From Mizuhopecten yessoensis (taxonomy: Eukaryota): a stretch of 60,190 nt of DNA. A model generated the notes under the pieces. The model was not told where the DNA came from. It made no database searches and saw nothing but the letters and a program-made list of their open reading frames with translations. Positions 26,811 to 41,129 of this stretch are shown in pieces; the stretch's first letter is position 1, and each line of letters starts with the position of its first letter. A program made the translations under genes and the position numbers. The stretch spans positions 305,854 through 366,043 of the forward strand of contig NW_018480011.1 in NCBI RefSeq assembly GCF_002113885.1. The letters are read 5' to 3'.

Positions 26811-28635
26811 GACCTGGTTATTTTATGTAATTGACACAAGCTTGCGAGAAACAGTACTCATACATATAGAACAATTAAGGAGCTAACAGAAAGAAGGGGA
26901 ATTGTATTTTTGACAGTCATTTTTTTCGCTGTGGTATATCGGGAGTAACCTTATCTTCATTTCACTGGGGCTTTCTTCTGAGATACTGTCAGAAGCACTT
27001 CAAACATATCCTTGCATCAGGTCTATTTACTTTACAAGTCTCACAACCCTCAGCAATAAGCATCCTGTGGAGCCATTGATAGGATGAATAGTCAACAGAA
27101 AGAAAAACAATTCTAATTTTGACAGTCATTTTTTTTCTATTGTGGTATAACTAGGGTTCCTGGAGTTTCCACAATTTTTGACACGTTTTTTGTAGCCTTA
27201 CCCTAAACAAGTCCCAGACATAATGTATACAGGTTTTTAACTACTAAGGAGTCTATAGTAGTATAGTATAAGAGACTAATGTAAGACAATTAAAAAAACC
27301 TAATGACAGACAGACAGACAGACAGACAACCGGTAGGCATGTGCGGGGTCAGGGTAATCCAGAGGATTTTGATAAAACTCACTTTAAACGTACAAAAAAG
27401 TAATTGATTGCTTAGTGTCCCCACAATCATGATTTGACACATCTATAAAAAACAATGCTGATTGTGTATACTTTTTATAACAAATATTAGGGTACCCCTT
27501 AATATCAGGAGACACGCAAACACTCCTTTCTGCATATTTTCGCAAACTTTAAAGTGAGGTGATTTCACCTGAACATTGGAATTGCAAAGTTTGAATAAAA
27601 TCTATGCATTGGAAGATTGCAACACACAGCATATCTGTTGCTCCGCCACACCGTAAGAGGTTCATAAAAGCACAAATTGAAGCGGCAAGCGCTATGACAG
27701 CGTGATATCAAAATAACTACATTGTCTAGATTAATAAAGATACATTGTATTTTTATAAAGTTTCTGTTCTGTACAACTGCTATTTTGCTAATTAAGTTCA
27801 TCCAAACTATGCTCAACGCATTTCTTGAAGTAAAAGGGTTATAGCAGATTTTGAGGTGTGTGCTTTTTTTGTATTTCATTTGTTTTTTGTTTTTGACAAA
27901 ATAAAATAAAAAAACTTAATTAACCTATTATTGACAATGTTTAGCACCTATGCTCTAGTCTAAAAAAATGAGATTGTTGGTTTAATTTATAGAGTATTGA
28001 TAAGATATTAAAAGGGTTATATGAACCACCAGACCTTAATGAAAGTTATCAATAATTTTGAAGGCTACATTGCTTGGTAATAATAGATAGATTGAAGCGG
28101 GGAAATATAGATATTATCACAATTATTTTAAGAATATGTCGACATAATCGATGAATATGTCAAACTATTATTTATTTATAAGGTGTATATTTTCATATTT
28201 GATGAGACAACTTTGTCGGGGTCTTCTTATCACATCAGAAGGCTTTAAAGTGTGAATGTTCGGATGTGACATCAACTTCAACGTATCTTTGGAAAGTTAA
28301 ACAATCACTTTCAAACAAACTTTAATGTTACGCACTTCTAACTTCCAATCAGGTCTATTCACGCATCTGCCTATTTGTTAGTTCCGTAAGTGGACAATAT
28401 AGCTAGATTTATAATGACTTGTTTATGTCACATCGAGTTTTAACAGGATGAAGGCATTTTTTAGTTTAAATATATCGGGGAAAACAGGATGATCTATTAT
28501 CTCGGTTAGTCTCAGACTTTGTGCTAAAATGTTTTATTATCATTATAATACGCTTTACACTGCATATATATGTACTTGCGATCTTTAACGTATTGTTGTT
28601 TTTCAGATCATATAACAACGACAACCCGAGAAACC

Positions 28636-31600
28636 ATGGAGATGCGACAGGTAACAGACGCTGGTGGAGCTGCTCTCCATTATAAGTACTTCGATGGTAT
28701 CTACTTCCCACCAAATGTCATAGGTGATGTGAAAAGTCATTTGGACGCGATAAAAAAGTTAAAGCACAAGGATGGAGATGTGCTTCTTGATACCTTCCCT
28801 AAAACAGGTATGTAAACCTTTGCTTTTAAAGGAAATTTTAGTTTTCCTAAAGCATACTTACCGTCTAAGACATAGATATGCTTATTGTCGCCAAAACAAG
28901 TATGCAAACCTTCCAAAAACAGGCATGCTTACAAGTACGCGCAATCACCTGAAACAGGTATAGTTACCTTCCCTAAAACAGGTTTGTTTACTTTCCCAAC
29001 AACAGGTATGTTCACCTTACCTAAAGAGATATGCGTATGTTTCTAAAGCATTTGCTTAATTTTCCGAAAGATATGTGCAACCTTCCTTAAACAGGTATGC
29101 TAACCGTACCTAAAACAGGTACGATTACATTTCAAAAGGCTGATAAAAATGTCTCCTTTAAACAGGTAAAAGCACATTGTAATTTCAGTTTTACACTTTA
29201 ATGCCACCATACGAAATTACAATGTGATAGGAGTAAACGTCAATCGTTTGCGTTTACAACAAAATGTTGCATATCACTTTCGATATTTTGTAAACACCCG
29301 ATCAAATCAATATGCAGCTTCATACCAAGGCAGTGATGATAATTCATCAAAAGATGTAAAATTATGAGATTACTTCTCTTAAAACAAATAATTTATTTAC
29401 GGATATTACGTCGTAATATTTGCTTTGATTAAATAATAAAACGAAAACCATCAATGAATAAAGACAGATTATAAACATTAATTTCGATACGAAATTATCA
29501 AAATAAAACTGCAAGCAGGATGACCACCACATCAAACCCGGACATGGAACCTGCTTCTTCATTTGGGAAAAAATACAGATTATTGTGACTTGTCACATAA
29601 TCCTCCATCATGTCCATGAATGTTTCAATGTTGACTAACAGTTATTAAGCCTTTAACTACGTTCACATTGAAATATCATCGGAAAAATGAGGAAGGCATG
29701 GCTACTGTACGTCATCGTATCCCTCATGTCAAAATAGTTTGATTGTCAAAGAGTTAGGTAATGAGGAATGCATGGTATCTTTAACTAACTGCAAGTATAG
29801 GCCTTTTCTGGAAGATGATGTGATGCATGACATTTGGATATTGACTCTAATATGTTTTTTTCATTTTAAATCATTAGATGTCACCTTTCTTATTAATTGT
29901 TTGGATGTTATATTACCATAACGCATTGTGTTCGAATTACATCTTGTTTTGACTTTCGTGTCGGTTCATGGTTCACCGTAGTTTGGTGACCCTCTATTAC
30001 TGTCGTTATTTCGCCTTGTTGACTTTGAGTTGTGACTTTAGTCTTTCCTGTTTACAAGTGATGATTTATTTGTGTTTGGTGGTTGAATTGAATTTTAAAG
30101 GTGATAATAATCCGGTGCATTAATTTATATAATTTATCAGTTTTACGTACCTTTCCTTTATTCCAAACTGTAGTACAAACCATATTGGATTTACATCCTT
30201 CTGGCCAAAAGCATCATAAAAGGGCAGTATGGTGCGGTGATAATTGTTTTTGTCATACTGTATTATCAATAACCAAGTGTGGCAAGTAGTGAAGGCTGGC
30301 TGCCGTCACTACAAAATCAACACTAACATGTAACCTGACACAATTAACAATATTAATAGTAATATACACCATTTATATAGCGCCCTATATAATTTGTAAA
30401 ATTACTCTAAAGCGCTTTACAACATATGGATTATAGTAATGGTTATAATTGGTAAAACAAAAAAACAAAGGCTTACAATCACTTGTATACATTTAAGCAA
30501 GCATTGTGCACATATTTGAACAAATAAAAGGGTGGCATTTACATAATATCTTTGCAAAGATTCTAAAATGCAGACGTGAAGAGGTGAATTTTGGTGTCCC
30601 TTTTGAACTTGGCCAGGGTATTTGGTTTTCTATTAGCAGATGGTAAGCCATTCGACAACGTAGCCGAAACCCTCCTTAAGCATCTTTTTGCGTTGGTCAC
30701 AGTACGAGATTTTGGGACACACCAAATTCTAACTCCTACCACAGTGATCGTGACGGCTAATACAGGGTAGCAAGCTCATGTAGGTACTGATGAGCTGTTC
30801 CATTCAGCGCTTTGTATGTGTACACCAGAATATTGTACCGCGACCTGTATCGTACATGTAACCAGTGCAACGAATAACGCACATGTGTGATGTGCTCACT
30901 CTTTCGAGCACGAGTAACTAGCCGTGCTGCAGTGTTCTTGACCCTTCTTTAGAAGACTAGTCAGTTTGTCAGATATAGTACAGAGCAGGGCATTACCTTA
31001 ATCCAACCGAGGGGTAACAAGTGAATGCACCAAAATCTTGCATGCATCTGCAGTTAAAAACTGCGGAATACAGCCGTTGTTCCTGATCTGGTAGTAATAG
31101 GATTTGGCAATAACGTTCACTTGTTTCTCCATGTTCAGTGAACTATCAAAGTATACTCCTAGGTTTTTAACAGCTGGAACAGTCTCAATAGTTCTGGCAC
31201 CGACCTTGAGCTTGAGCTGGAGAGCCATTGTTTGCTGACACTTTGGGGAAAAGACGATTAGTTCCGTCATTTCCTGATTAAGCTTAAGCCTGTTGTCGTT
31301 CATCCAGATATTGATATATGTCAGACAAGCTTCCAACCTTCTGAGACTGATCCAACTGTCCTGTGGTTTGATGACCATGTAAATTTGTGTATAGTAATGA
31401 TAGCAAAGGTTATTGCGACGACAAATATCTCCAATCGGTTTGGAGTACATATAATTTTTCCGTGGTCCTAACACCGACCCTTGAGGAACCCGAAATCTAG
31501 TACTTTGTCACGTGAGGTGGAAGATCCGATTGCAACACACTGTCGTCGTTCACTCAGGTAAAATTGTATCCAGCATAGTGTGGTATCAGTCACTCCATAA

Positions 31601-34600
31601 GAGTATACCAGACGTTTATAAAATATGCCATGGTCGACGACGTCAAATGCAGCTGACAAGTCCAGCATGACAAGCACCGCTCTGCACTTGTTATTCAATG
31701 CAGAAGCTTTATCATTATGTACACGTAGGTGGGCCGTCTCAATAGAGTGTCCAATGCGGTAGGCCGATTGCATGTTGTCACGGAGACTGTTTGAATGGAG
31801 ATGAACCTCTAAACGCCGGGACACAACCTTCTGCAAGATCTTAGACAGAAAAAAGGCAGATTTGAAACTGGGCGGTAGTTTTTCAACTCCTCCAACTACC
31901 AGAAAAAATACCGTAAAACAAAAGTATAAACGTTTTCATTTTTCCTATTTTTTGAATGTGTGTCCTTGCTTCAAACTTGTAATTGATGTGATTTTTCAGG
32001 TACACATTGGGGTTTTGAAATCATCCATATGCTAGTTACTGGGAAGGCGGAATACTACACACACAAAACTCTAGCGCTTGAGTTTGAGCCGGCGGAGAGT
32101 CATGACGCCCTGGAAGCCCCTAGGGTACTCACGTCACACTTGTTTCCTCAGCACATACCCCAGTCATTAATTGAAAACAAATCGAAAATTGTATACGTCT
32201 ACCGCAACCCCAAGGATACCGCCGTGTCCATGTTTTCTTTTTTGAAAATCCTCAACTCAGAGTTTCTAGATGGCTACGAATCGTCATGGGAAAACTTCTT
32301 CATGTCTTATATGAAAGAAAAAGGTAAGATTAACGATACAAACACTATATTGACATAGGTAACTTGCAAATCGTAAGTCGATGGCAGAAATATGTCTTTT
32401 AGCGGTCTTGTCACTGATAACATGACAATACCATACTCTCAACCTCTGTGACAAATATTATTTATTTCCTGCAACAATGTTGTCAGCTAAATAAAAAAAA
32501 GACCGATATGTTAACATGAGCGACTTCTTTTCTTTCAGATACATCAATGTCTGTTGAAAGGTTCTTATGATCAATATTGCATATTAGATTTATTTTGGGA
32601 CTTAATTACTGAATTTGAATCGTTGATGCCATACACTTTAATGGATTCCCTGGCAAAAAATAAGCGCGACATGTATTACGAGAAACGACCGCCCACTCAG
32701 GGTAGCTGGCTTGGCATCAGTTTTTAAGCTTTATTTCAGTTAACGTATACCAGTCACTTATATTATTTTCAAGATAAACAAAATTAATTCCCTCGCGCAT
32801 TTTAAAGCGTAAATTGATTTTTTTTAACAGATTAGTTTTCATTTCCGTTGAATAACTTTTGTTAATTTCAAACACAACATTACCCTGTTGTAACTTATGC
32901 ATGTTTATTGTGTATATATGGAAACCGTTGACTAATACGGTCACGTTCTAGTTCGTACCAAAATTTGTACAAGACATGGTAATATTTGAACTATTTTTGA
33001 TGCAAGATAGAAATATAACGGTATTGTTAGTAGGGTTTCATATATGTAACAACGCTAAACCGGGTAAGTGGAGAATATCATGACGACATAGACTGTGTCC
33101 CATTATATTATTTTAACTAATTAAAACAGTAGCTTTATTATTTAACCGGTAGAAATATACTTTATTACATTTTACCAGTGCAATATTGAAACTTATTCAT
33201 ATTATAAAAGTGATATTTTCTCTACTTTTCACTTGTAAAAAATATCACCTTTGGTGATTCGACCAAACAAAACCTAATTACAAACTACCCTTGGAAACAT
33301 CACAAGTAGCCCATCTGGTAAAAGCCTGGTTAGCTTAACGATACGCAGGCCTCGAGAAAATCCGTCTGAAACATCATCACATTCCACTGCCCAGAATATT
33401 TATCCGTCAACTATGACGGGGGAATTAATCTCTAGGGGGAACACAACGTTTAATTTCACAGGTAACTTTCCTTTTCATGAAAGTCAGCAGACGTTGCAGG
33501 TTGGCAATTCTAACTATTTGATCGTAAAAACTCCTATCAATTGAAACACGATATCAGCGTCTCTAAGGCCAAAGCTAGGCTAAGCCATTGGCAGAAATAA
33601 TAGCTAAAGTCATAAGTTAAACTTACAAAGGCGGTGTTCTTATTCTATTATCAGGAAAAGTGGTGACAAAGCAACGTTGCATTTTCCCCACTCCCAACCA
33701 TTGAAGAGTCGGCGCTTATTAACAACGCGTAGTGATCTGAGATGATATGAGGGGACTTTTTTCTAAATAATTTAATTATGGTGGTTATTTATCATTCTTC
33801 ATTTAAAATATTAACGTGAGCGCTTCTTAATAAAATTGAATAACTAAAGGAATTTAATTAAAGGTTTTTCACTTTTTAAAGAGGGGACTGTACTTTCTTG
33901 ACTCGTAGAAATGTCTAGACATGCTAGTTGTAAAAGTGTCGTTTAACGTTCCGGGATAGGTTTTCTTTTTCAAACATGTAATAAACAGAATATCTAGCAA
34001 ATTATCTTCAATAGTACCAAATATATTTTACTCGTGTGGCTAATATTTTGTGCACTCTTGAAAATATCAAGATGTTAGCAAAAATCGTGAAATAAACGTG
34101 TTATCACTTGAACACTGTTAGATATTCTCTATATTGTTAGATATTCGTAAATCATTTTTTTATTGGCTATTGTGTGTTCAGTTCAAACAATATGTTTAAT
34201 TATTGTTTCATTTTCTTGTCAAAAGTACCTTACAACTCCTGGTTTGAACATCTAAAAGCATGGCTGGATTTTAAGAAGTCACATCCAGAATTACCAATAC
34301 TGTTCATCGCATTCGAGGATATGAAAAAGGTTGGTCCGGACAAACGAAAATGAATTTTGCTCTACAATTGTCTCATTGAAGGAACGGTACTGACTGGAAT
34401 GAAACCTTCATTCTTGAAATTAAATCAGTTCCAATCGGCTAAGTTGAAAATATATACTGGGATACATCCGTTTATTTGGGATACTCTTGTCAATCTGACA
34501 ATTGTAAAATGGAAGGTGTGTCTACCGGCTATCACATTTACATTTATCATGTAACACACTAATTTGTTTCCTTGTGCGTCTTACCATTTCATTTTGTACA

Positions 34601-37600
34601 GCCATTAACAATCTTCTTTCGTGTTTTGAGAATGTATTTATTTTCATTGGGTTGAATACATTTTGTTTTGTAATTGGATACCTGCTCCCCTTTTGTTTGA
34701 CAGAGCGAGGTCAGGTTATGCCATACCGCGCTGTTCAATGCTCGATTGTTGTTTGTTGTCTTCGTCCGTCAATATTTTCGTTAAAAGCTCACTTCTTCTA
34801 AAAAACTTATCAGATTTAAAACAAAGCATAAAAAACGTTTAGGACCAGGAAATTAAATGATGTATAAACGATGGACAGACGATGGTGCAGAAAATGTAAA
34901 TATGTGTCTTTTATAGACACATACTATTTTAGTTCATATACGTGATCTATTTTATCATGTAGAATTATTTTATAACACTCGATGTAAACAAATTTGGAAA
35001 AAAAGACTTTACCCCTGAATGATTTTTTCTTAAGCATCAAAGAAAAGAGTTAGCGTTCTTTCCCATTGATTATTCCGGGATTGAGAGAATCACATTTTGT
35101 ATAAATGAACTGTTTGCCTCCCCTTTCACTTAGGCAGAGAGACGGGCTTTTTTGAATCGATACAAAGTCGTAGATGGCCGCAGAAGCATCTGATTATGTT
35201 TATAATTGTCTCCTTCATCTGAACTTCCCTTAGGTCTGTTTTGACAAAATATTTCCCATGTGAGGTTTTTGGAGAGTTGTTTAGTTTTAGCACTATTTGT
35301 AAACAGATAGAGGGGACTACCAGTTCTGTATTAGGCAAGGGGAGGGGGGGGGGGCTTTTATTTCAAAATGTGCTCTGATTGGCTGGATATTTTATTTATG
35401 TTTATACCTCTAGATTACTTATGTTAGTCCAAATTTTGTAGCTTTTTGAGGCAATAAGAAACCTGAAATACACTCATCTTTGTTGGACATTTTTTTAGTA
35501 AACAATAGAAACAGATCTGGTTGGTGTTTTGTTTGAATCAATTTATTGTTGGTTCATTTTGTACCAATACATTGTCAAAAGTTTTATTGTTGTAAAATTA
35601 AGGTTATTTCTTTATAACTCTGTTTCTTTCACTTAATATTTTCTTCAGGACTTACGAAGCAGCGTTCAGAAGATCGCTAAATTTCTTGGGGTAAAACGAG
35701 ATTCGCAATTCCTGGAGGAAGTGGCGAATAAATGCCAGTTCAATGCCATGTCGAGAGAGAAGAAATGTAAAGATGAAATGAAAATGGGTATTGGTGGAAA
35801 AAACCCATTCTACAGGAAAGGTACATAGCTATGTTTTAATACCCTGTTGCTAATTTGTTTAAAGAAAAAATATAAACATAATAATTCCTCATTTCCGTGT
35901 GTCCAAAGGAGAGCAAACCAGGGTAAGAAAGAAATGTAAAAGTTTCTATCTGACGATACGTCACAATCGCTCAACAATGACGTAACGTTACGAATTTGGA
36001 AAACGATGCTGCAATGCGGAAAAGGCGGAAAATGCGACGTGGTGAAGTTCAAAACCTTTTACGATATATTTCCCGTTAACGTTAGAAAGATGAAGTTAAT
36101 TTCGTCAAAAGAGCTCAGAACAAAATTATATTTCAAAATGATATCCATTCCAAACGCATTTTCATGTTTTTTTAGGTTATTCTGGTAGTTGAAATGAAAG
36201 ACAAATACTCTATCTTGCCGCGGGGGGAAGGATAGGGAAATTCCACCCTCGGGTGTTACAAAGTGTACCGAATTTGAAAACCCCTTGGGTTGAATTTCCC
36301 TATCCTGCACCACTAGGCATGAACTAGTATTATACTACTCTTCCTAAACTACAGCGATAACACATATATACAGGTAAGACTAAATTGCACATACACGAAT
36401 GATGATATTACAATCAGAAGAAATAGAATATTAAATATACTGGTAAGATTGCATTGCATATATTGAAATGACAAACAAATGAAAAGTTGAGATACATCAT
36501 TGTAATACAGATATACAGAACAACTAATATCATAGTTTTTAGGTAAAAATGACAAAATACAGATAGTGTCATGCAATGTCGTACAAAAGCTCTGTTACAT
36601 TTGCATTTTTCGATATAAACTTAAAATACAGAATTATGCCAATCTTGATTTTATTATCATTTGTATCTATTGTTAACTAAGTTATTGGACAATTATTTCT
36701 GTTGATTTTATTATGTTAAGTTGACATAATGTTACAAAAATCAGCTATTATGTAAATTTTCAAAAACATTGTAATTCTATCAATACTCGTCAGTCCATAA
36801 AACAGTCGACCAGTCCACTGATGCCCAATTTTCATGGCTGTGTGTAAATGTCAATCTTTTCCGACGATGGGTAGCAGTCAAAAGTGTTTTTTCGACAGAA
36901 ACACAGCCTTTCAATCCCGCATTGTGTAATCGTCTCCTCACTGTGGTATTCGTCGTTCAAACCATTGGTATCCTTGCGAGATCTGAGGCTGGTCCGGACT
37001 AATAATCTATCATCCCGAGGGGTAGAAATCCGTGGCATGCCAGAACGTTCTCGATCCTCATAGTTCCCGGTATCTTGGAACCGTTTAATGGCCCTGTACA
37101 CGTTCTGTCTGCAACAAAAGAGAAACAGTGAAACAACTATAGACAGATTCTGGATAAGTAAATATGCAAATGCACCGAAATCCGCGATGAAAACTTTCAC
37201 TTACCTACTGGTTCCTATTGTTCTTGCAGTTTGGGCGGCAGCAACACCACTTCAATCCTTCTTCCCTTATCATTCGCTGCATTTCTTCTCATGAGTATTT
37301 GCAAAGTGATTGAATAGTACAATTATACTTAAGAGATAACAGATAATCAATGAATGGTGAATAGTGATGTATTTTGTCACTTCAAATTAAAATCAAAATA
37401 AGACATCGAGTACAATAAAGTAAATCTTCAAGCATCTGATAGATTGATGTAAAATGTGAAATAACAGAATTGTTTGATAAAACCCTTTTTGTGATTCAAT
37501 TTGGATAATCAATGATGGCACATCATCTTTATCACATTATATCCCTTTTCATTAATAGAAAAAGATTTAAAGAAAATATTTTTTCCAATAGTTTTGTCAA

Positions 37601-38552
37601 AGATAATTAATGAGCAAAATTTAAAATATGTAACAGAACTTTTGGAGGGCAGTGAATTACGAAATAAAGGTAACATTCTAAAAAGCAATCTATTTCCTAA
37701 GGCCGATGACAAGTTTGTCTTTAAAATTTTAGTTTATTTCTGGAGTCACCAGTTCGTTTCTTTTTAACTTATTCCGATGTAGACGTATTGCACCATTTGC
37801 TTGATTGACCTTCCAGTTTCTCATTCGTTATCAAGTTCCCAGTCGTCAAATACAAAAACTCGTCGAGATCTTTTGTTTTTAAAGTCATTTTGATTGATCG
37901 ATAACAAAATACAAATCTGTGATAACGGAAGTGTGAATTAAAATTCGAAGTTATTTAGATAAATTTAGAGTAAATGATGACCAAAAAATAAACATACAAG
38001 GAGACACTTGCTGAAATGCAAAGATAATAAGAGCATGTGTAACGGAAAACGGTAAGCGTTTTCTGCTCCAACGAAGACTTCCCCGTGTTAATAAAAGTTA
38101 AATTTAAATCATCTCATGAGATTATGACAGCGAAAGAAGACACACTTATGGCACAATAAAACATCGCTGAAGGATTATGAATTTTAACTAAGAAGATTAT
38201 GAGGATCTTCAACAACCTGCATTCCCTCGAAACACACAAGCTGAAAAATAACGGGCTTTACTACATATTGTATATCTTCTAACTTTTTCGTCATCAGCTG
38301 GGACGCATGGATTTTGGCGGGCGATCGTCACGTGATATTAGCATAATGTTTTATTGAATCGTGATACATTTTAAACTACAGTAAAGGTAATATTAGCAGT
38401 TGTACTGTACAGGTAAGATGGGTTTAACGTTTTGTTTTACAGTTAGTGATTTGGTGGTCTGTCTGTATACGACTTGTAGTTTATTATGTCGAATTTCTTT
38501 ACCTTAAGGAACATCGAAATATGTTTCAGGTTAAACATTACGTGACTGATTA

Positions 38553-38612
<60 letters not shown>

Positions 38613-38783
38613 GTATAATTTGACGATTATAATTTTAATTTCTTTCTATATCCTTTTTTTCCCTTTTCAGGTGAAGTGGGAGTCTGGAAGGATCGCTTCA
38701 CCGTTGCACAGAACGAAATGTATGACACTGTCATAAAGAAAAATGTGACTGGTATTGACCTGGACATAAAATATACATTGTAA
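28636..38783 (+). CDS. Cytosolic sulfotransferase SULT-C, 294 aa; exons 28636-28807, 32000-32323, 34226-34329, 35649-35820, 38671-38783
   Basis: 172+324+104+172+113=885 nt, open frame. TFPKTGTHW, PRVLTSH, YVYRNPKDTAVS, RKGEVGVWKDRFT. Introns are expanded by TE insertions. An acceptor at 28605-28606 upstream of the ATG implies a non-coding first exon. Confidence 0.93.
28792..29168 (+). repeat. Degenerate 24-nt tandem array derived from the SULT-C exon1/intron1 junction
   Basis: Unit ACCTTCCCTAAAACAG|GTATGYTW. Clear consecutive copies start at 28966, 28990 and 29014. Confidence 0.85.
30345..31895 (-). mobile_element. 5'-truncated L2-clade LINE (RT pseudogene) in SULT-C intron 1
   Basis: NYRPVSNL, QSAYRIGHSIETA, LVMLDLSAAFDVVDH, frameshifted PQGSVLGP, LKLNQEMTE, KNLGVYFD. 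The YADD motif is deleted (YHYYTQIY). L2-type 3' end TGTAAAGCGCTT...GGCGCTATATAAAT plus a TAT-rich tail. Confidence 0.88.
36230..36305. repeat. Hairpin / small MITE core (~24-bp arms)
   Basis: GGATAGGGAAATTCCACCCTCGGG ... CCCTTGGGTTGAATTTCCCTATCC. Confidence 0.65.
36860..37295 (-). pseudogene. Tc1-like transposase N-terminal fragment with a 96-nt spliceosomal intron (37109-37204)
   Basis: Removing GTAAGT...TTGCAG joins GVAAAQTARTIGTSR|QNVYRAIKRFQDTGNYEDRERSGMPRISTPRDDRLLVR, a paired-like HTH plus GRPR-like linker. No TIRs identified. Confidence 0.75.
38557..38606. repeat. (TC)25 microsatellite upstream of the SULT-C last acceptor
   Basis: Directly visible. Confidence 0.95.
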
Positions 38784-40272
38784 TTGTGAATCAGCAGTAA
38801 GTTTAGCTCATGGTTTAGTCAGACGATTCCTCAATCCAAAAAGTTTTGTCTTTTGGAGCTTCAAACTTCCTGAGGAATACAAGTCATTCAGGCCAGTATA
38901 TATGTAAGCATTTCATTTGGGATTCATAGGCAGTACCAATGCCAACTAGACAAAGGCAAATTCAACGAAGCGCGCTAGTTCTTCATGTTGCATACTTACA
39001 TTTACCATTTTAGAATCTGGTCATCTCATAACATATTCAGTTACACTTATTAAATTCAGCATTTAGTTCAAATAATAGACGTATGATGAATGGTTGTTCA
39101 ATTAATAGAACAGCCATCGCCCGGAGAGGGTCAGTGATATCCAGCGTAATAATTATGACGTCATTATAATGATGACGTTAGCAATCGGTCAATAGCACTC
39201 ATAGCATATATATTTCAATTCCTACTCAAGTTGGACTCAATGCAACTACCAAATGTAGCCCTTTTTATTTGTCGATGAATTTGACAAGATTAACTTGCCT
39301 GCGCGTATGATTTTGCGAAGGGTATAGCTTTTGACATGTTTAAACAAAGATAGAACTTTATATTTCACATTTTTAGTAAAGCAACACAGGGAATTGTTCA
39401 AACAACCATAAACGATCAATCAACAAAATAGTATTAGCTCACGGTTGCTAGCGGTAGTGACAAGTCATGTACTGCGCTAAACATTCTCCTTCTAGCTACC
39501 CAATGCAATTCTGCCCTGTGTAAGTAAGCAACCCCTGGTACAAACCGAAAGCGTAGATCCACAGGGGTTCGTTACAAATATCCGAAATAGACATATCATG
39601 CTATAACTTATATTGGTCACAACACACATAAACAAACATATACATGTATGTGTATGTGTGTTGTGACCCATATCAGTTTATCATATGTGTATACATGTAT
39701 GTTTATGTGACCTGTGACCCATATAGCATGTGTATTTCAGACATTTGTAATGAGCCACTGTGGTAGATTCATGTTGTCCCGTCTTATATGAAATACAGTC
39801 GAACAAACATATGTCAATTCAAATGTTTCGTTCTTTCAAGCGACGTCTGGTTTCCTGTGTAATTAGGCATTCAATAACTCCAGTGTTACATTCCAAAAGA
39901 TGTAGAACCTCGAAATGTATCGGCTCTCCACTTCGAGCTAATATAAATGGCTGACGTAGACTCGCAGCTGAGCCTGTGCACTACGTCTATACATAATTCT
40001 TCCGCGATGACGCATCAGAAAATTTGATCTCTTATGAATTTATCAGCAAAAATTAAATATGACATTTAAAATATGTTTTTGTGTTTTGTTTCTACATTAT
40101 TTGGCTGAATTGAACTATCAACGTACATCATCATGTTGTATGATGGTCCTTCAATGACAGACTATACTTTTTTACATTACGTCAATACGTAGACTTGCAC
40201 CAGAACCTAGGACAAGCGATCAGAATGGACTTCACACGTTCAAATTATTGTAAAAACGCATTGATTGAAATA

Positions 40273-40395
40273 TAAGGATTGAATCTTGCTTTGGTCGATT
40301 TCATGGGGTGATGAATTGAGTTGGTTATTAATTTGTTTCAAGACCAACTCAATTCATCAACCCATGAAATCGACTAAAGCAAGATTCAATCCTTA
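40273..40395. mobile_element. Foldback MITE / palindrome (~53-bp arms, ~17-nt loop)
   Basis: TAAGGATTGAATCTTGCTTTGGTCGATTTCATGGGGTGATGAATTGAGTTGGT is inverted as ACCAACTCAATTCATCAACCCATGAAATCGACTAAAGCAAGATTCAATCCTTA with 2 mismatches. Confidence 0.85.
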
Positions 40396-41129
40396 AATGA
40401 ATGTCAACTGAACTTGGAGCGTTATATAGTGACAGTATCATAAGATGGTAAATATTAAAAATGTATTTATTATAGTTGATATGTCATATATTAAGTCACT
40501 GTTTCAACGTACATTGCATATGTTTACTCTACTTTGTTGTCATATTACTAGTTATTACATATGTAAAGTTATTTTGAAAGATTAGATGATTAACATAAAT
40601 CAATAATGGCCGTTAATAATTAGTTATAAGTGTTAAATTAGTAATGTTGTTTGTTATATCATCATGAAAATCTGGTTAGTTTTGATTACTGACAACAAAA
40701 GACGCATGTATACACATAGCAAGACTTGAGCCAGATGCGCTGATTGTTTTTCTTTAAAAAGGTTAATATAATTATTTGTCAAGCGAGGAATACATTTTTT
40801 AATATGATGAAAGACCCTCGTAGAACAAGGTTAAATCTCAAACGTAATAGCGCATCTGTATCACAAACGCAATTCTTCAACACGACAATTACTAGTCTAT
40901 AACACGATAGTAAATATATACCGCAATATCAAATATATACAATAATAACATATCTATACCAAAATAGATAATAGATAATATAATAGCACACATGGATAAC
41001 AATCATAATGGTGAATTAGCAAACACCATTATATACATTGTACATGCATTACAGTGGTGGATCCATGCATACCTTTAAACGTATTTCCGTCCGCTAGTTA
41101 GTTATGATTTTATAAGTTATCGTATAAAG

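Noticed and set aside
28792-29168. CRISPR-like appearance of short regular repeats
   Set aside because: The repeats are contiguous and degenerate with no unique spacers and no cas genes; the context is eukaryotic.
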